A stretch of DNA of 64,000 nucleotides from Euprymna scolopes (lineage: Eukaryota). The translations under genes and the position numbers were made by a program. Below, one piece after another: positions 39,094-52,061 of the stretch (the stretch's first letter is position 1; each line of letters begins with the position of its first letter). The stretch is taken from the NCBI GenBank assembly GCA_053919585.1, contig CM132792.1; one strand, written 5' to 3'. The notes under the pieces were generated by a model, which worked only from the letters and a program-made list of their open reading frames with translations, was not told where the DNA came from and did no database searches.

Positions 39094-42000
39094 TATATAA
39101 TTTACTTCTGGGAAACTGATTTGTGCTGATTGTTGAATTAAACTATGCTTCCGTGATGTGTGTGTGAATGAAAATGATTTTTTTTTATTTACTATTCTCG
39201 ATTGAAATAAACATAGTAGGTTTAATTAAAATGCTGCGATTCGTGCTATAGATGTTAAAATTGTTTTATTTTCTATTCATTTTGTTCTGAAGCTTTGAAT
39301 TTGGTTCTTTGTTGCCTTTAGATTTATTTCTTGGGGCCCTTTTTTTCATAACTGATTAATTCTTCAATCTAATTGCAACAAATGCTTTTGTTTTCCTGAT
39401 TTTCGGTTCCAACGCTGATTTGTTTTCTATCATTTGTAAGGTTTCAGTTTGTATGCCACAAAAGTTTCTAAGCTGCTATTCAGTTGACTTCCTTTGTTTT
39501 ATCTTCACTCTTTAACATTCTTTTTGTAGCCTTCTACTTTTATTTCTTGCAACACTGGAACTCTATTCTCTTATGAGAGAGAGAGAGAGAGAGAAAAAAG
39601 AACGAATAGGTTACTTGTTTTCCTCTTCAACTACCTTTTTGCTTTGAATCTGTATTCATGAAATAATCCTCTCAGATTAAAATTAAAAAAAAAATACACA
39701 CACGCAAAAAAAACTTTACCCATTTTGTTCCATTAATCTTCTAAAAAGATTTTTTTTTCTATAAATAATAAAATTTTGCAATGTATTTTTCATTATGTAA
39801 AGTACTTAGGATTTTTTCTTTCTTAGATGTAAACATAATTTTGATGGAATCTAAAGAATTAACAAAAGTTCGTTTCATTTTTTATTACTTGATATTTTAC
39901 TATTGAAATTCACATCACTTATCTACTATATAAAAGGAGGTCGTAATTTTGTGTGTGTGGACCTCTAAAAATTAGAAACTGCACAATTATAACACTTACA
40001 TCTTAGGCTAAATAAAAAAGGAACTTTTCATTCTGACTGGTAACTGTTTCCAAATCAAGACGACCCGTTCAACTTTCTGATTATTTCATGTTTTATATTA
40101 AATTGAACCAGTTGTGATAAACGTAACGAGAGTTTTCAAAGAAAAATGTTAAACTTACTTTTAAAACTTTGTTTTGTTCTTCATGAGCTCATCCTCCAAA
40201 TGTTCCTAAGGTGAACTTATAGAAGATTAGATTGAAAAAATATATACTTTTGCAATGCTTGGAAATGATTTTTTTTTTCACACGGTGTGACTATTGGTTC
40301 TCACCTAGCACACTGTTAAATTTGTGCTTCATTGTTGGTAAAATATATCATCCATTGATACACCAATAATTTTGGATGTGCAACAAAATGTTATTTTTTC
40401 TAAGCATTTTATTTGACATAATTAAATGTAATGAAAAATACAACAAAAATTCTTGTAATAGTTCTTGAAAGAATGCGGAAGCCATTATTACAGACATCCA
40501 TATTTGTTCACATCACATGACATCGCATTAACAATGATTCATTAGGTTTAATATCTATTTCTATGAGAAGAACAATAGGCATTTTTTCTCTTTTTTTTAA
40601 TTGATTTCAGGCATTAAAGTTTTCTTTCATCCCTTTGGTATTGTTCTGCCACTAAACTATTTACTCATTAACTTAATTTGTGAGAAAGTTTTAAGCAAAT
40701 AACAAACCTCAGCAGTTTTCTTGTCATATGTTCTGTAATGTTTTTGGATTACGAGTTAGACATTTCTAAGGAATTTACTATGAAATTACACAATATAAAA
40801 GTTTTTTTTTATTCAATAACGTTGTGTATGTTGGCTGATATCAACAACTTGGGCATGCAGTTTGATTTTAAATAATCCTTTACACAAACTTTGTTGTGCT
40901 ACATATATTTATATACTGTGTGTTGATATGTTGTCTTTTTATTTCCTTCTGTGTTTATCCTAACAAGTCGAGTTCGCAGTGGATTTGTTGGCGACAGTTC
41001 TAGTCTATTTGATAAGTCACGCCATTTGTCACCAGAGATCTGGACAGAAAAAAAAAACAATGGTTTTTTTGTTGGCTAAGGATAGACGCAGTGACAGAAA
41101 TGGAAATTACTGTCCGAGCAACCTCACCCGTAACCTTTCATTATCTCTAGGCTAACAAGTGGGCCAGTAGAGGAAGATATTAATGTTTTTATTTTGATGT
41201 AGTCGTGGACACAAATATGAAAATCGCCAATAATCAAGGACAAATGTTAATAGGTTTATACTTTTGTTTGTAAAGAAAAAACTAAACAGAATCAAAATGT
41301 TTTGCTTTTAGGAAAGGCTCATTCCATTGGAGGAACATTCTATTATTTATTCAGGTTGTCATCTTGATGTGTTAAATGTTTATTTTTGTGTTTTTTTCGC
41401 ACTGACAATTTATCATAGTTCCTGGCTTTCATGCAACATTTCCCCTCGTGTTGAATGGCCATTATGATAATCCAATTTTATTTTACCATGTCATTATTCC
41501 TTGGATCATTCTTACAATTATAATTCTAGTGCTTTACCACTATTAATGTGGCTTTCTAGATAGGCAGTCTTTTGTTAAGGTTAGTTTTTATAGTAGACAT
41601 TGCGTTTCATGAATTCTCTGTCCTGCAAAACAATACTTATATTCTGTGTAGTGGAGCTTGAACGTCAATGAAAATTTCTTCTTTGCAGCTTATATATTAT
41701 TATTGTTATCTTTATACATACTATAAAATCTCTGGAGCAGTTTTGTTCAAAATGCATGTTTTTTTAAGCTTCTCTTAGGACTAGGGAGAGTGGTGGGGGC
41801 AAGAAGCTTTAAAAAGGTGGTTTCAATATTGCTCTGGAGGCATCTTTAATTTTATTTGGATGGATTCAATACCTCTCTAAGATTACAGTATTACATTTGG
41901 TAAGTAGTATATTGTATATATTACTTGTAGTGATGGGACTATTGTTCTCATCTTGAGTGTTATTTGTACGTTTCGGTCAGATTGTCTTTTGATCATCTTC

Positions 42001-43029
42001 AGGTATGTTGGTTGTTGTTTGGAAAGAAAAGAGAAAAGTTACTGGCTCTGTAGATATTTTCACATTCTGTGAGTTAGTTTCTATTTTATAGTTTCGAATT
42101 TGTGAAAAAATTGACTGATAAAGGGGAGGCAATTCTAATAAAGATCAACAGGATTATCTACCTTTCGTCGCTGAAATTTTAAGAGTGTATGTTTCTATAA
42201 TTAGAGGCTCTCAAATGCTTACTAAAATCTAGGCTTGGTCTACTGAGTAATTTTTTTTTTTTTTTTTAGCATATGTGTTGCCTCCTTGAGTTGCCTGATT
42301 TTCCACCTTGCATCCCTGTCAATTATTTTTTTTAGGTATATAATAATTCAAAAGTGTTGGAAATCCTTGATAGAACAGGTGTGTTTTAAACATTGTGTTG
42401 CTTGAGAGAAAAATTTCACTATATTTATGCATTGTTTGGGTGTCAGTGCTCCATGTATTAGAGAAGGTATGGGTATATGCTTTATAAAAAAGAAACTCAA
42501 CACTGCGCGGGATAGATTGAAACAAATATAAGAAACTCTGTGTTACCTGGGAGCAAAAAAATGAAAGCTCAGGTTAATGACTTTAATATTTTTAAATAGA
42601 TTAAAACAAGAGGGAGATGAAAGAGGGGGTGGGGGAGAAGGATGAGGAAAAAACAAGAGAAAAATGAATTGAGATTGGTAGAGAGTTGTAATATAAAGAT
42701 GTCATACAGTTTTAATCTCTTCTATTTTATTTTTACACCGGATATCCCTGCATGTAGAGAGATCCAACAGTTCACCAGTGATCAATTATATTACAAAATT
42801 TCTGATAATAATTTTGCTTGGTTATTAGTGCACACTTGATGAAGTGGTGGGAGAAACGGAATTATGTAAATGAAAGGAGAAAGAGGATCTATTATGACAT
42901 CATAATCTAAACCTGTGTTTCAATATGCACAAGTATTTATAAACAAAAATAAACATACAAAGTAATATTGTAAATAATTAATATAATTAATAATACTTCG
43001 TTATCCTTGTAAAATCATTTATATATATT

Positions 43030-43536
43030 ACTATCAGGCTGCCCGGTATTGCCCGGTCATAAAATATGCATAAATATTTATATTTTAATTAATACAGAAA
43101 CTGAGATGTGCATGTGAGTATTATGTTTTTCTCTAATCCGTTCATTTTTTGTAAGTAAAAAAAAAAAAAAAACTACTAGAGTTGAGATTGAAACTAAAAC
43201 TTAATGACAGTGAGTCAAGTACAATAATCATTAGGCCAGTGTGACATGATCTTTAAAAGGTGTTTTTCAAACCTACTTTCTTTTAACATAATGTGAACTA
43301 TTCACGTACATTCGTGAAACAGCAAACAGATAAAAATCCAATCACCCCTTCATACCAATTTTTCAAATTTGACCCCTTAACAGCCCATTTTTTTTCCTGA
43401 AAAAAAAAAAAAAAGTTTTCCACGTGTCTAAATATCCTATACACCAAATTTCAAGTTTGTACATCAAAAATTAGTTGAGTATATAAGTTGAAAAATGTTT
43501 TTACATATTCTCACTTTTATAGCTATATATATAGAT
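43030..43536 (+). mobile_element. Related Helitron/Helentron-like element
   Basis: Starts actatcaggctgcccggtattgcccggtcataaaata; contains ataccaaatttcaag-type boxes; ends tatatatagat. Confidence 0.6.
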
Positions 43537-44382
43537 TTATGAAAACCTTTAATAAATTTTGAATTTTCGTGAATATTTAATAATATAACAAATACTTTTT
43601 ACTAGTGATGTAGTAACATAAAAATGCTATAACTTCTAAAATAGTTTCTTTGTGAATCATAATAGAAAAATATTTTTGATAGAATATGGAACTCCACATC
43701 TGAGCTGAACATAGTGATATTTTTTTTCTGCATTTTGAGAATTGCTTTTAATGCACCACCATTCTATCAAAAGAATAGATATTTATCTATTTTGTTATAC
43801 GATGATAGACAAGTCCTTACGTTTCAATAATTAGAATCTGTTTTACAGTTGTAACTCTTTTTTTATTTCCATTCTTTGAAATCTTTACCTGAAGAAGTTC
43901 AACAAATTTGTTTTATCTTGTAAGGGATCAACACCTTCATCAATATTTAAAGGTTAAGGATGAAAAACTGGCTATTTTGTGCATTATTAATCTTGTTAGT
44001 AATTTCAAATCTAATGAGATGATTGATTAGGTTCACTTCTATTTCTTTCTGGCTCACCTCCTCAGTATTACTCATATGTCATAACTTAAGCATATGTACA
44101 CACAAACTTAGTTCTATACTCGTATGATTTTTTTTTTGTATTCATATTAAAAACTCTTCTATTTATTTAAAAAGAAAATACAACTTCGTTGTATAGGAGT
44201 CGTAGGATTGCATTCATCTGCAAAAGATCTAGCTAATTTGCATTTCTTTTAAACATTCATTTTAATTAATTCCCTTTTAGTTTTTTCGGTTTTCTTATGG
44301 GATGATCATCTTTAGTTAACTATTACGTGTAATTATATTCATGCAGATATTCTACATGATGTATGATTGCGTAATATTTGCG

Positions 44383-44510
44383 NNNNNNNNNNNNNNNNNN
44401 NNNNNNNNNNNNNNNNNNNNNNNNNNNNNNNNNNNNNNNNNNNNNNNNNNNNNNNNNNNNNNNNNNNNNNNNNNNNNNNNNNNNNNNNNNNNNNNNNNNN
44501 NNNNNNNNNN
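44383..44510. other. Assembly gap (128 N)
   Basis: Run of N. Confidence 1.
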
Positions 44511-44618
44511 CTCCTTATTTTTTGGTCTACAGACATGAAACTTAATATATAGAGTATTCAAACCCATGCGAAACTTTATATCTGGGTTTTAGCCAGGGGA
44601 AATCGGTACAGAAGTGTG

Positions 44619-44652
<34 letters not shown>

Positions 44653-44859
44653 TGGAATTTGCCAGGTGAAAGTTGAATGACTGCATGTGTAACGTAATAG
44701 CTATTGGTTTATGTTTTAATTTTTAGCCTTGCTGCAAACATGCCTTCATATCTCAGGCATTAACGTCAAAGGAAAAAGTAAATCGTAAACTAAACATTTT
44801 GGTTTTGATTCTCTGTGGTGGCATATGAGTCATTTTCTTAAACTTTTAAAATCCTTGCT

Positions 44860-44956
44860 ATATATTGGGTCAAATAATAAATACGAAATCTGCATTAATC
44901 AAAATATCATATTTAAGTGTATTTTATGACCGGGCAATGCCAGGTGGCCTGCTATA
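44860..44956 (-). mobile_element. Inverted fragment of the same Helitron/Helentron-like family
   Basis: Reverse complement reads tatagcaggccacctggcattgcccggtcataaaatacacttaaatatgatatttt...gcagatttcgtat, matching 11943-12018 and 29387-29460. Confidence 0.75.
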
Positions 44957-45669
44957 CCTATATTGATAAAGTAAATTTTTTTTTTTACCCAACACAAATA
45001 CTCGGTCATTCAGTTAGATGATATTGCAGTTTTTTGAAAATGAAGTGTTTTAATTGAATAATAATTACTATTATACAATTCTCTACACAATCGATATTAT
45101 TCAAAAAGCCTCAATAATTACTATTGATTAGTGTTTGTATATATTTTTAATTTTGTGTTCTTTTTGTTTAATTGTTAAATATTATTTAATGACATATGAT
45201 GTATACCATTACAAATAATCTGATTTAATTTTGTCATTCGAACGTTAAAGTATTTCTATTTTTCAATTTTTACACATTTGACAAAATGTTATGATGATTT
45301 TCTCTTACAAAAATCGACACCTCATATTTTTTTTTATTTTGTTTTTCATATCAGAAACATTTCAGCTTCCACGTTTCTGCATACTACAATCAGATTTAAT
45401 TAATATCTTAAATCTGGCTCCTAAGCTTATTTTGCAGTTTCTGTTTTTTTAATTTTTAAGTACATTAGCTTTTATGGATTAACTGAAAAAGGGTCACTGG
45501 TTTACAGGTGATGTTTAGGATTTAGACCGTGTGTGTGCGCATGTCTACATATGAAATATATTTGATTTTTATCTCCAAATTTATTTAAAAAAAAAAAATC
45601 TGAATGGGCATTAGTTTACTAACATTTTTAGGTTAAAATATAAGCATATCTTCATATCATGAACTGGAT

Positions 45670-45906
45670 TATATGGTATCATGCTAAGTTTTAACTAATG
45701 GACTTGAGAGATGGAAGTTCAATCCGCGGTCGAGTCATATGAAAAACTTTAATGCCCATTGGCTTAACACTCAGCATTATAAGGATCAAGGACAAGTGGA
45801 GTACTTTTGTGATTGGAGTGGTGTCCTTCACTATACCTTAGTGTAGCAGCTAATGAAATAGGGAGTCTTAAGATTACCTCTAACTATAATCAGCCACTTA
45901 GCTTTT
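45670..45906 (+). mobile_element. tRNA-derived SINE (octopod-like family), degenerate
   Basis: B-box-like GTTCAATCC at 45717-25, then ggtcgagtcata...gcttaacactcagcattataagg...gtggag...gtgtagcagcta.tgaaa.agggag, matching a SINE consensus I recall from octopod genomes. Confidence 0.7.
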
Positions 45907-46234
45907 TAGCATTATCTTTCCTATTCTGATCTGTGTATAATTTTGTTCTATTTACTCTAAACACTATATTTTTTTTCCGACATCATGTTTATCTTGTAGG
46001 TAACATTTTATTTTAGATTTACCAATATTATGAATTGAAAAAAGAGGACTTCTTCTTTCTTAATGACGATTGGAATAATAATCATGTTAATCTTCATGGA
46101 ATTGCTCAATTACATGTTTTTACTGATTGTTAATAGTTTTAACTTGAAGAATTGGGAAATATTTTTGCTAAAGATTTTGTTACTTTATGTTCAATTTTCA
46201 TTCATATTTATTTTTTCTTTTCTCTCTTTTCTAG

Positions 46235-46404
46235 AAATATGAATTCACAGCCACAGAAAGAACCTGATCCAGATGCAATTAAAATGTTTGTTGGACAAAT
46301 ACCTCGTTCAATGGATGAAAATGAACTTAGGAAAATGTTTGAGGAATTTGGTCCAGTTTTTCAACTGAATGTTTTACGAGATAAAATGACAGGACAGAGC
46401 AAAG
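46235..46404 (+). CDS. CELF1/2: CELF1/2 (CUGBP Elav-like / Bruno) coding exon: N-terminal half of RRM1
   Basis: Translates (R)[56 protein letters not shown](G), matching the CELF1/2 signature [15 protein letters not shown] and RNP2. Long polypyrimidine tract with AG at 46233-34; donor AAG|GTGAGC at 46405 splits the RNP1 motif KG|CCFV in phase 1. Confidence 0.95.
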
Positions 46405-47499
46405 GTGAGCAATTTTGTATTGTAACCATCACCAGGTTTTGTCTGAGTAAAAGATTGCAACAAAACCAAAGTGGGTTAGAAGATTAATTGAACAAAATAG
46501 GGGGGGGGACAAAGAAAGAACAACGCTAGACTCTCCCCTCTCCCTCATACTCTAGTGAGTTTTGTCTGAAAGCATGATGGGGATTAACGAAAAATATGAA
46601 ACAAAAAAAAATCAAGTTCAAACATGTAATTAACAGTAAAATGAATATCCTAAAGTTATTTTAATTGTAATGAAAATTTCAAGTACAGTCTTAATTGAAA
46701 AGTTAAAGATGAAAGAAAATAACATTTTTCTTTTGTCTTTTTTAAAGGCAGATTTAGGATTGAAAAACTATTTTAATTATGTAAATATGATTAAAATAAT
46801 TTTGATTTTCTATACACACAAGTTACAGAAGAAAGAAAGAATGTTGCAAAATGAATATTGTAAAAAAAAACAAACTACTTGTGCATCTTTGTGGTGCCCA
46901 AGTTGGAATGAAAGTTAAACTGTTAACCAGTGGATATTTCTGAAGGAAAAAAAAAATTTCCATTGAATGTTATTCAAGTTCATTTTCTCTAAGCATGACT
47001 AAAAAATCTTTTTGATTCATATATATGTTTTAACTAAATATTAAAATTGATTGAAAAATAACATTTTTCTTGACAGCTCATACCAATATTTGGCCTAACA
47101 AAATAGTTTTTTGTTTTGATTTATGTTTTTTCTTCAAAAGCATTAATCATACATAGTGGACGAAAATCATTTCTTTCTACTTTTGTAATTTTCACTTCTG
47201 CCTTTTAAATGTATAGACAGTGTATTTCTATGATTTTGGAAATATCATTAAAACAACTTTTTAGATCTTTATATTAAATTTAAATCAAATGTTGAATAAA
47301 CTTGTTACACATGAAAATCAGTTTAAACAATGAAAACCTTTCGCTTATTCCTTAGTTATTGTTTTTAGATTTCGAACAGATCAAGGTTTTCATGTTTGAT
47401 CTTGTTGAAACTTTCTAGAATCATGAACAAAAACATCTTCATGTTTTTGTTTTTCCAATTCATAATTATTGGCATAAAAACAGCCAAGTATAAAGCCAT

Positions 47500-48550
47500 A
47501 TAAAGGAAACAGGTTTTCATTCATATACAGCCTAAATGTTTGTCCAAGGCAACTTTGAAGTTGGATATGGTAAGATAGTCATGATGGGCAGAGATGAAAG
47601 CAATGATGATACATTTGCAGGTTCCCAAAGGAAACCACATCTTGGCACGGGAGGTAAAAAACTCCTTCAAAAGTTAGACTAAAATTCCTGTTGATGATGA
47701 TATATACGAGAATTGTTCCGTCGTGGCTCAAGTGAGAACAGATTTAGTCTTGAAAGCCATTCTTTCTACGTTAGCAATGATAGTCCTGTTGTCATCAGAG
47801 TTGCCAACTACTGAAGACACATTTAGGTGAGAAATATTAGAAGATAAGGATTTATTGGTTGTTCAGATGAATTGCTAGAAAGATGGGCTGAAGGAAGTAA
47901 TCTTGTTTAGTTAGCCGTGTCTAACTGTATCTGACTAAACATTGAATAAGAAAAAGGTTACCGTTTTTCATAAGCAACATTAACATTACCTCTACTAAAT
48001 ATGCATAATTTATTCAAGTGAAAACTGAAATATAATTAAAATTGTTTGGTAGACTGACTTCTGTCGATAAACAAATGGAATTTCATTCATCTGTTCAAGA
48101 AGGGCGCTTGTCGTGAAATGACAAGAGGGGAATAATGTATTAAGTGATCAACTCTGAAACTGGTTTGAATTATATTTTTGGCTCCAAGCTTCACTGGTGC
48201 GCATTGATGTTAAATCTACGTCTTTGCGTCCTAATTTCCATTCAGTTATATGTCTAGACGTGAGCAAATCCAAACCACAACTGAAGGTTTTGTGCTTACA
48301 TATTCAAGAATCGTTCATGCTAGTGAATGAAAAGCATCTGCTGTAAGAATGAGAAATGGTTTTTCAAGATTAGAGAACTTGTCACCATTTTTATACAATG
48401 ATGTATTAGTTTCATGAAGATGTTCAAAAACACAGAACACACTAAGGTCCTTCACATTATCTCCTATATAATAAAATGACTGCAGAAATTCCCCTCTGGA
48501 CCAAAGTATCATAGGTTTGCAACAGCAGATGCCACACACAAATTCAGTAT
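47500..48550 (-). mobile_element. Degenerate CR1 LINE ORF2 remnant
   Basis: Minus strand, in the expected order: GPEG (~48500), LYKNGDK (~48390), FRVD (~48155), KEWLSRLNLFSLEPRR (~47740; cf. YEERLxxLNLFSLExRR). Confidence 0.6.
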
Positions 48551-51052
48551 CTCTAGGCTATTAGGCACTATCTTATGTAACTTTCAAATGCTATTTTACA
48601 CACTTCAAGTTGTTATAATAAAATGCTACAGTGCATCCTAGGAGCAACACCATTACAATCGCAACATCTTTAGAGGAAGAAGTCTCTATCTTTCCCTCTA
48701 AATATTTAGTCCTCCCACCACCACCACCACCAGTCAACACTGGAAGGAAATTTACACATTCCACATATTCTAGGCTTACACCGCCCTTAACCAACTCATA
48801 AAAATACATATATGGCATTAAGTTTCTTGTATTAGAATAAAAAAAATAAAGTCTCCCTCGGAAAAATCTGCTTCCTCTGATTGGTTGCCTGCTTATTCTC
48901 TTATTCCAGAATTAACTCATTATAAACGAACACTTCAAAATAATACATTTTGACGTTGATTAAATTCATAAACTTTACTAGTTTTATTTATTTCTTTTTA
49001 TTGGTAACTGTTTTCTTTCTTTTTTTTTTTCAATTTTTTTTTTTGCTTTAGCGAAGTCATATTTTTTTTTTTTTTTTGTGTTTGAAAAGTTAGTTTGCTA
49101 TTTTTTACGCTGTATCACGACATCATTTACCTACTAACAACAAATGCTAATCTGCTTCCTCCCTTGTTTTTTTTTGCCTATTACATTTAAACACCCTTTG
49201 AAAAAAGTATGTTTTTATGGTATAACCAAGCATAGTATAAACACGTCTGCCTCCCCATGTTAAGAATGGCTTCCGAGGTTCTGACAGTTTTTGCCCCACT
49301 GTTTGCTCGTGTCTCTTTTCTCACTGTTTGCACAAAAAATATATGCAGCAGTTTGATGAATAATGTTCACCTATTTTTATTTTATTCATATCTTCATACT
49401 TTTCCTCTTTGGACATTCATTATATTCTATTTGAACTTATGCATTTACTGAAGCGCAATGAATTAATCATGTGATTATTTAGAAATCCATTACATACCTG
49501 AGGAGGGGATATTGTTTTACAGCTATTGCATACTTTCACCTAATAAATTAATAACAGATGCTGTAAAAAAAAAAAAAAAACTTCTACAGGATGCAATAGT
49601 GCTAAACGAAAAACAAACATATTAATCGCTCAAAAACAGAAATTTAACACCTGGTAACCTTAAAATTATCCTAATGTTACATAAATACTGGCAACTTATT
49701 TTGAACGATTCAGCATGTTAACATACATGCATAAGTAAAACAAATTATACATAATGTCTTTGAAATCTTGATAACCACTCCAAATTTAAACATTAAATAC
49801 TGGAACACTAACAATTTTGCTGTGGTGAGCTCTAACAAAAGATTTAGGAATTAATGGCATTTTAACACACACGGAATTAACATATTGCTCTTTCTTTGCT
49901 CGGGTGGAATGCTCTCAAAATGTAAACACAGCGTTCGTTTGAGAATGTAAATACACACAAAATACCAACACGCCACTACCCCCCCCCCAAAAAAAAAAAA
50001 AAAACTGCTATATTTTTTTTTTTCTTTTGTGGATACCAATGTTTAATTTGCGATTATCAAGACTTTACTAATGCTATATTATTATTTATTTTTTTCTGTT
50101 GACAAATTTAATTTTATGTTCTTGCCCGATTACCAGGGTTACAAAGCTGTTACTTATGTGGACACTTTCTTTTTAGAACTGATTAAACACTTGCAAATAA
50201 GTCAGAACACAAAATATTATGCAGGTGAGTGGCAACCAGTACTAGCAGGTTATCACTCCAACACTAATCGCCAGTAACCAACACTACTGACAATCACAAA
50301 CATTGGCTTCCACTAGCTGCCACTGGGAAAAAATGCTGAACAGTAGAAGCCAGATTATTGCATTTGGACCACAGTTGCTAGTGTCCGCTAATTTCCAGGT
50401 ATGGCAGTGGTCACCTACAACAACCATAGTTTAATTTGTTTTCGATGAGGGGTCTTTCAATGATTCTGTTCTGGATCTGTCATGCTTCCACTGGGCAATG
50501 CCAATTAATGGGTCCTGCTAGTTATTGAGTGGTTGAGGTGGAAAACGAATGGTCAGGCATATGGGCAATAATTGAAGAATTAATGTGAAGAGCTTTTCTT
50601 GAAAGGATATCAGTAAATTATGATTTCATCATTCTTGCATCTGGTTACAATAATTAAATGATGATACTCTCTCTACTACACACATTTTTCCTCATTGTTT
50701 AATGCCTTGGTTGATATAGTTTTATGAGAACTTCATTTTGTTTGTTTATTTATTCACTAGCAGAGCTACCCAGTATTGCCTAGGGGCATGGATTAAAATA
50801 AAAAATGAAAAGAAAGTATTACATCTTTCTTTTAATTTTTCTTCTCTTTACCTATCCCTCAGAATACTTCCGTCATTTCTTAACCGCTCTCACCATTTTA
50901 TTAGCATCCCACACACATCCCCTCGTATGGTTTTTGATGTTCCCTAAGATTATATATATATATAACAATATTGTTAACCATAACCTAGTTAAAGTCACAT
51001 TAAATCTGATGTAAAGTTTATAAGTGTATCTTGTACAGTTTCTGACTTTTAG

Positions 51053-51055
<3 letters not shown>

Positions 51056-51099
<44 letters not shown>
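51056..51099. repeat. (CA)n microsatellite
   Basis: Directly visible. Confidence 0.98.
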
Positions 51100-51102
<3 letters not shown>

Positions 51103-52061
51103 ATGACTTCACATGACAAATAAAGTTTTATATTTCTTATGAGAAGTCATTATTTTTTTCTGTAATCTATTGCCGAGTTTTTCAATGAGTTTCTGGCATT
51201 TAGTTTATATGAAGATCTTTATTTCTTTTACTTATACTGATAAAATATGCTTAATCACTGTCATTTATCTCTTGACAGCCAGTTTTCTTAGGAGAATTAG
51301 TCGGTTTTCTCATTTCTCTTGAAAACTTGATATGAGCTTAGAAATATAAACTTGACACCAATTGCTTACAGAATGTCCCAGTTGGTCTACAATATGTCAT
51401 GTTGTGGGACAACTCTTGACTGTATTTATCAAGAGTAAAGTCAATCATTTGTAATTGTTTGCCGCCAAAGATGAAATTCAAGCAAGCATACTGCAAGGCG
51501 CAATGGATAACAAATGATTTAATAATCATTTATATGAAATCACTTGAAACTTTAAAATATTCATGTAAGAAAATGGAAACATTTCTTTTTTTGGAATTGG
51601 TTAAAATTTTATAAAATAAGCAAAAATCTCAGTTTGTATGCCAAGGCTTCTCTTTTGGATTATTATCTGATAAGCATTAAAAAATATTTAAGATATGCGA
51701 TACTCAAAAGAAGATTCTAATGTAGAGCACAATGATATTGCTTTACCAACAAATTCAATCATAGTTATAAAAATAAGCAAAACTATTGTAATAGTATGAA
51801 AATCTCTACAATTATATCACGAGTTGGAAGTCTTGGCATTTAACTTCATAATATCACCGTTATAGAGCGTGAGGTTAACTTCAAATCTTGCTGGCGATTT
51901 TGTATTATTTGGATTACTATTCTCATCGGGCTTATTATATTCAGAACGTTTTAGTGGAACTTAGTGACCTGTACAGAATTTTGAATTCAATCCTATATTT
52001 AATCCATGCTAGACCATTCTCATTCTATCGGTAGAATTGTTAGTTACTCGAGGCTTCTTCT

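Larger units (their letters stand above)
4317..46234 (+). other. Predicted large phase-2 intron (41,918 nt) of CELF1/2
   Basis: GT...AG boundaries with matching phase; no other host-like coding sequence recognised inside. Confidence 0.55.

Noticed and set aside
46152-46487. Full 111-aa ORF as a single-exon gene; its tail [11 protein letters not shown] superficially resembles GCCFVTFYTR
   Set aside because: The non-homologous flanks coincide with a polypyrimidine acceptor and a GTGAGC donor; only 46235-46404 is exonic.
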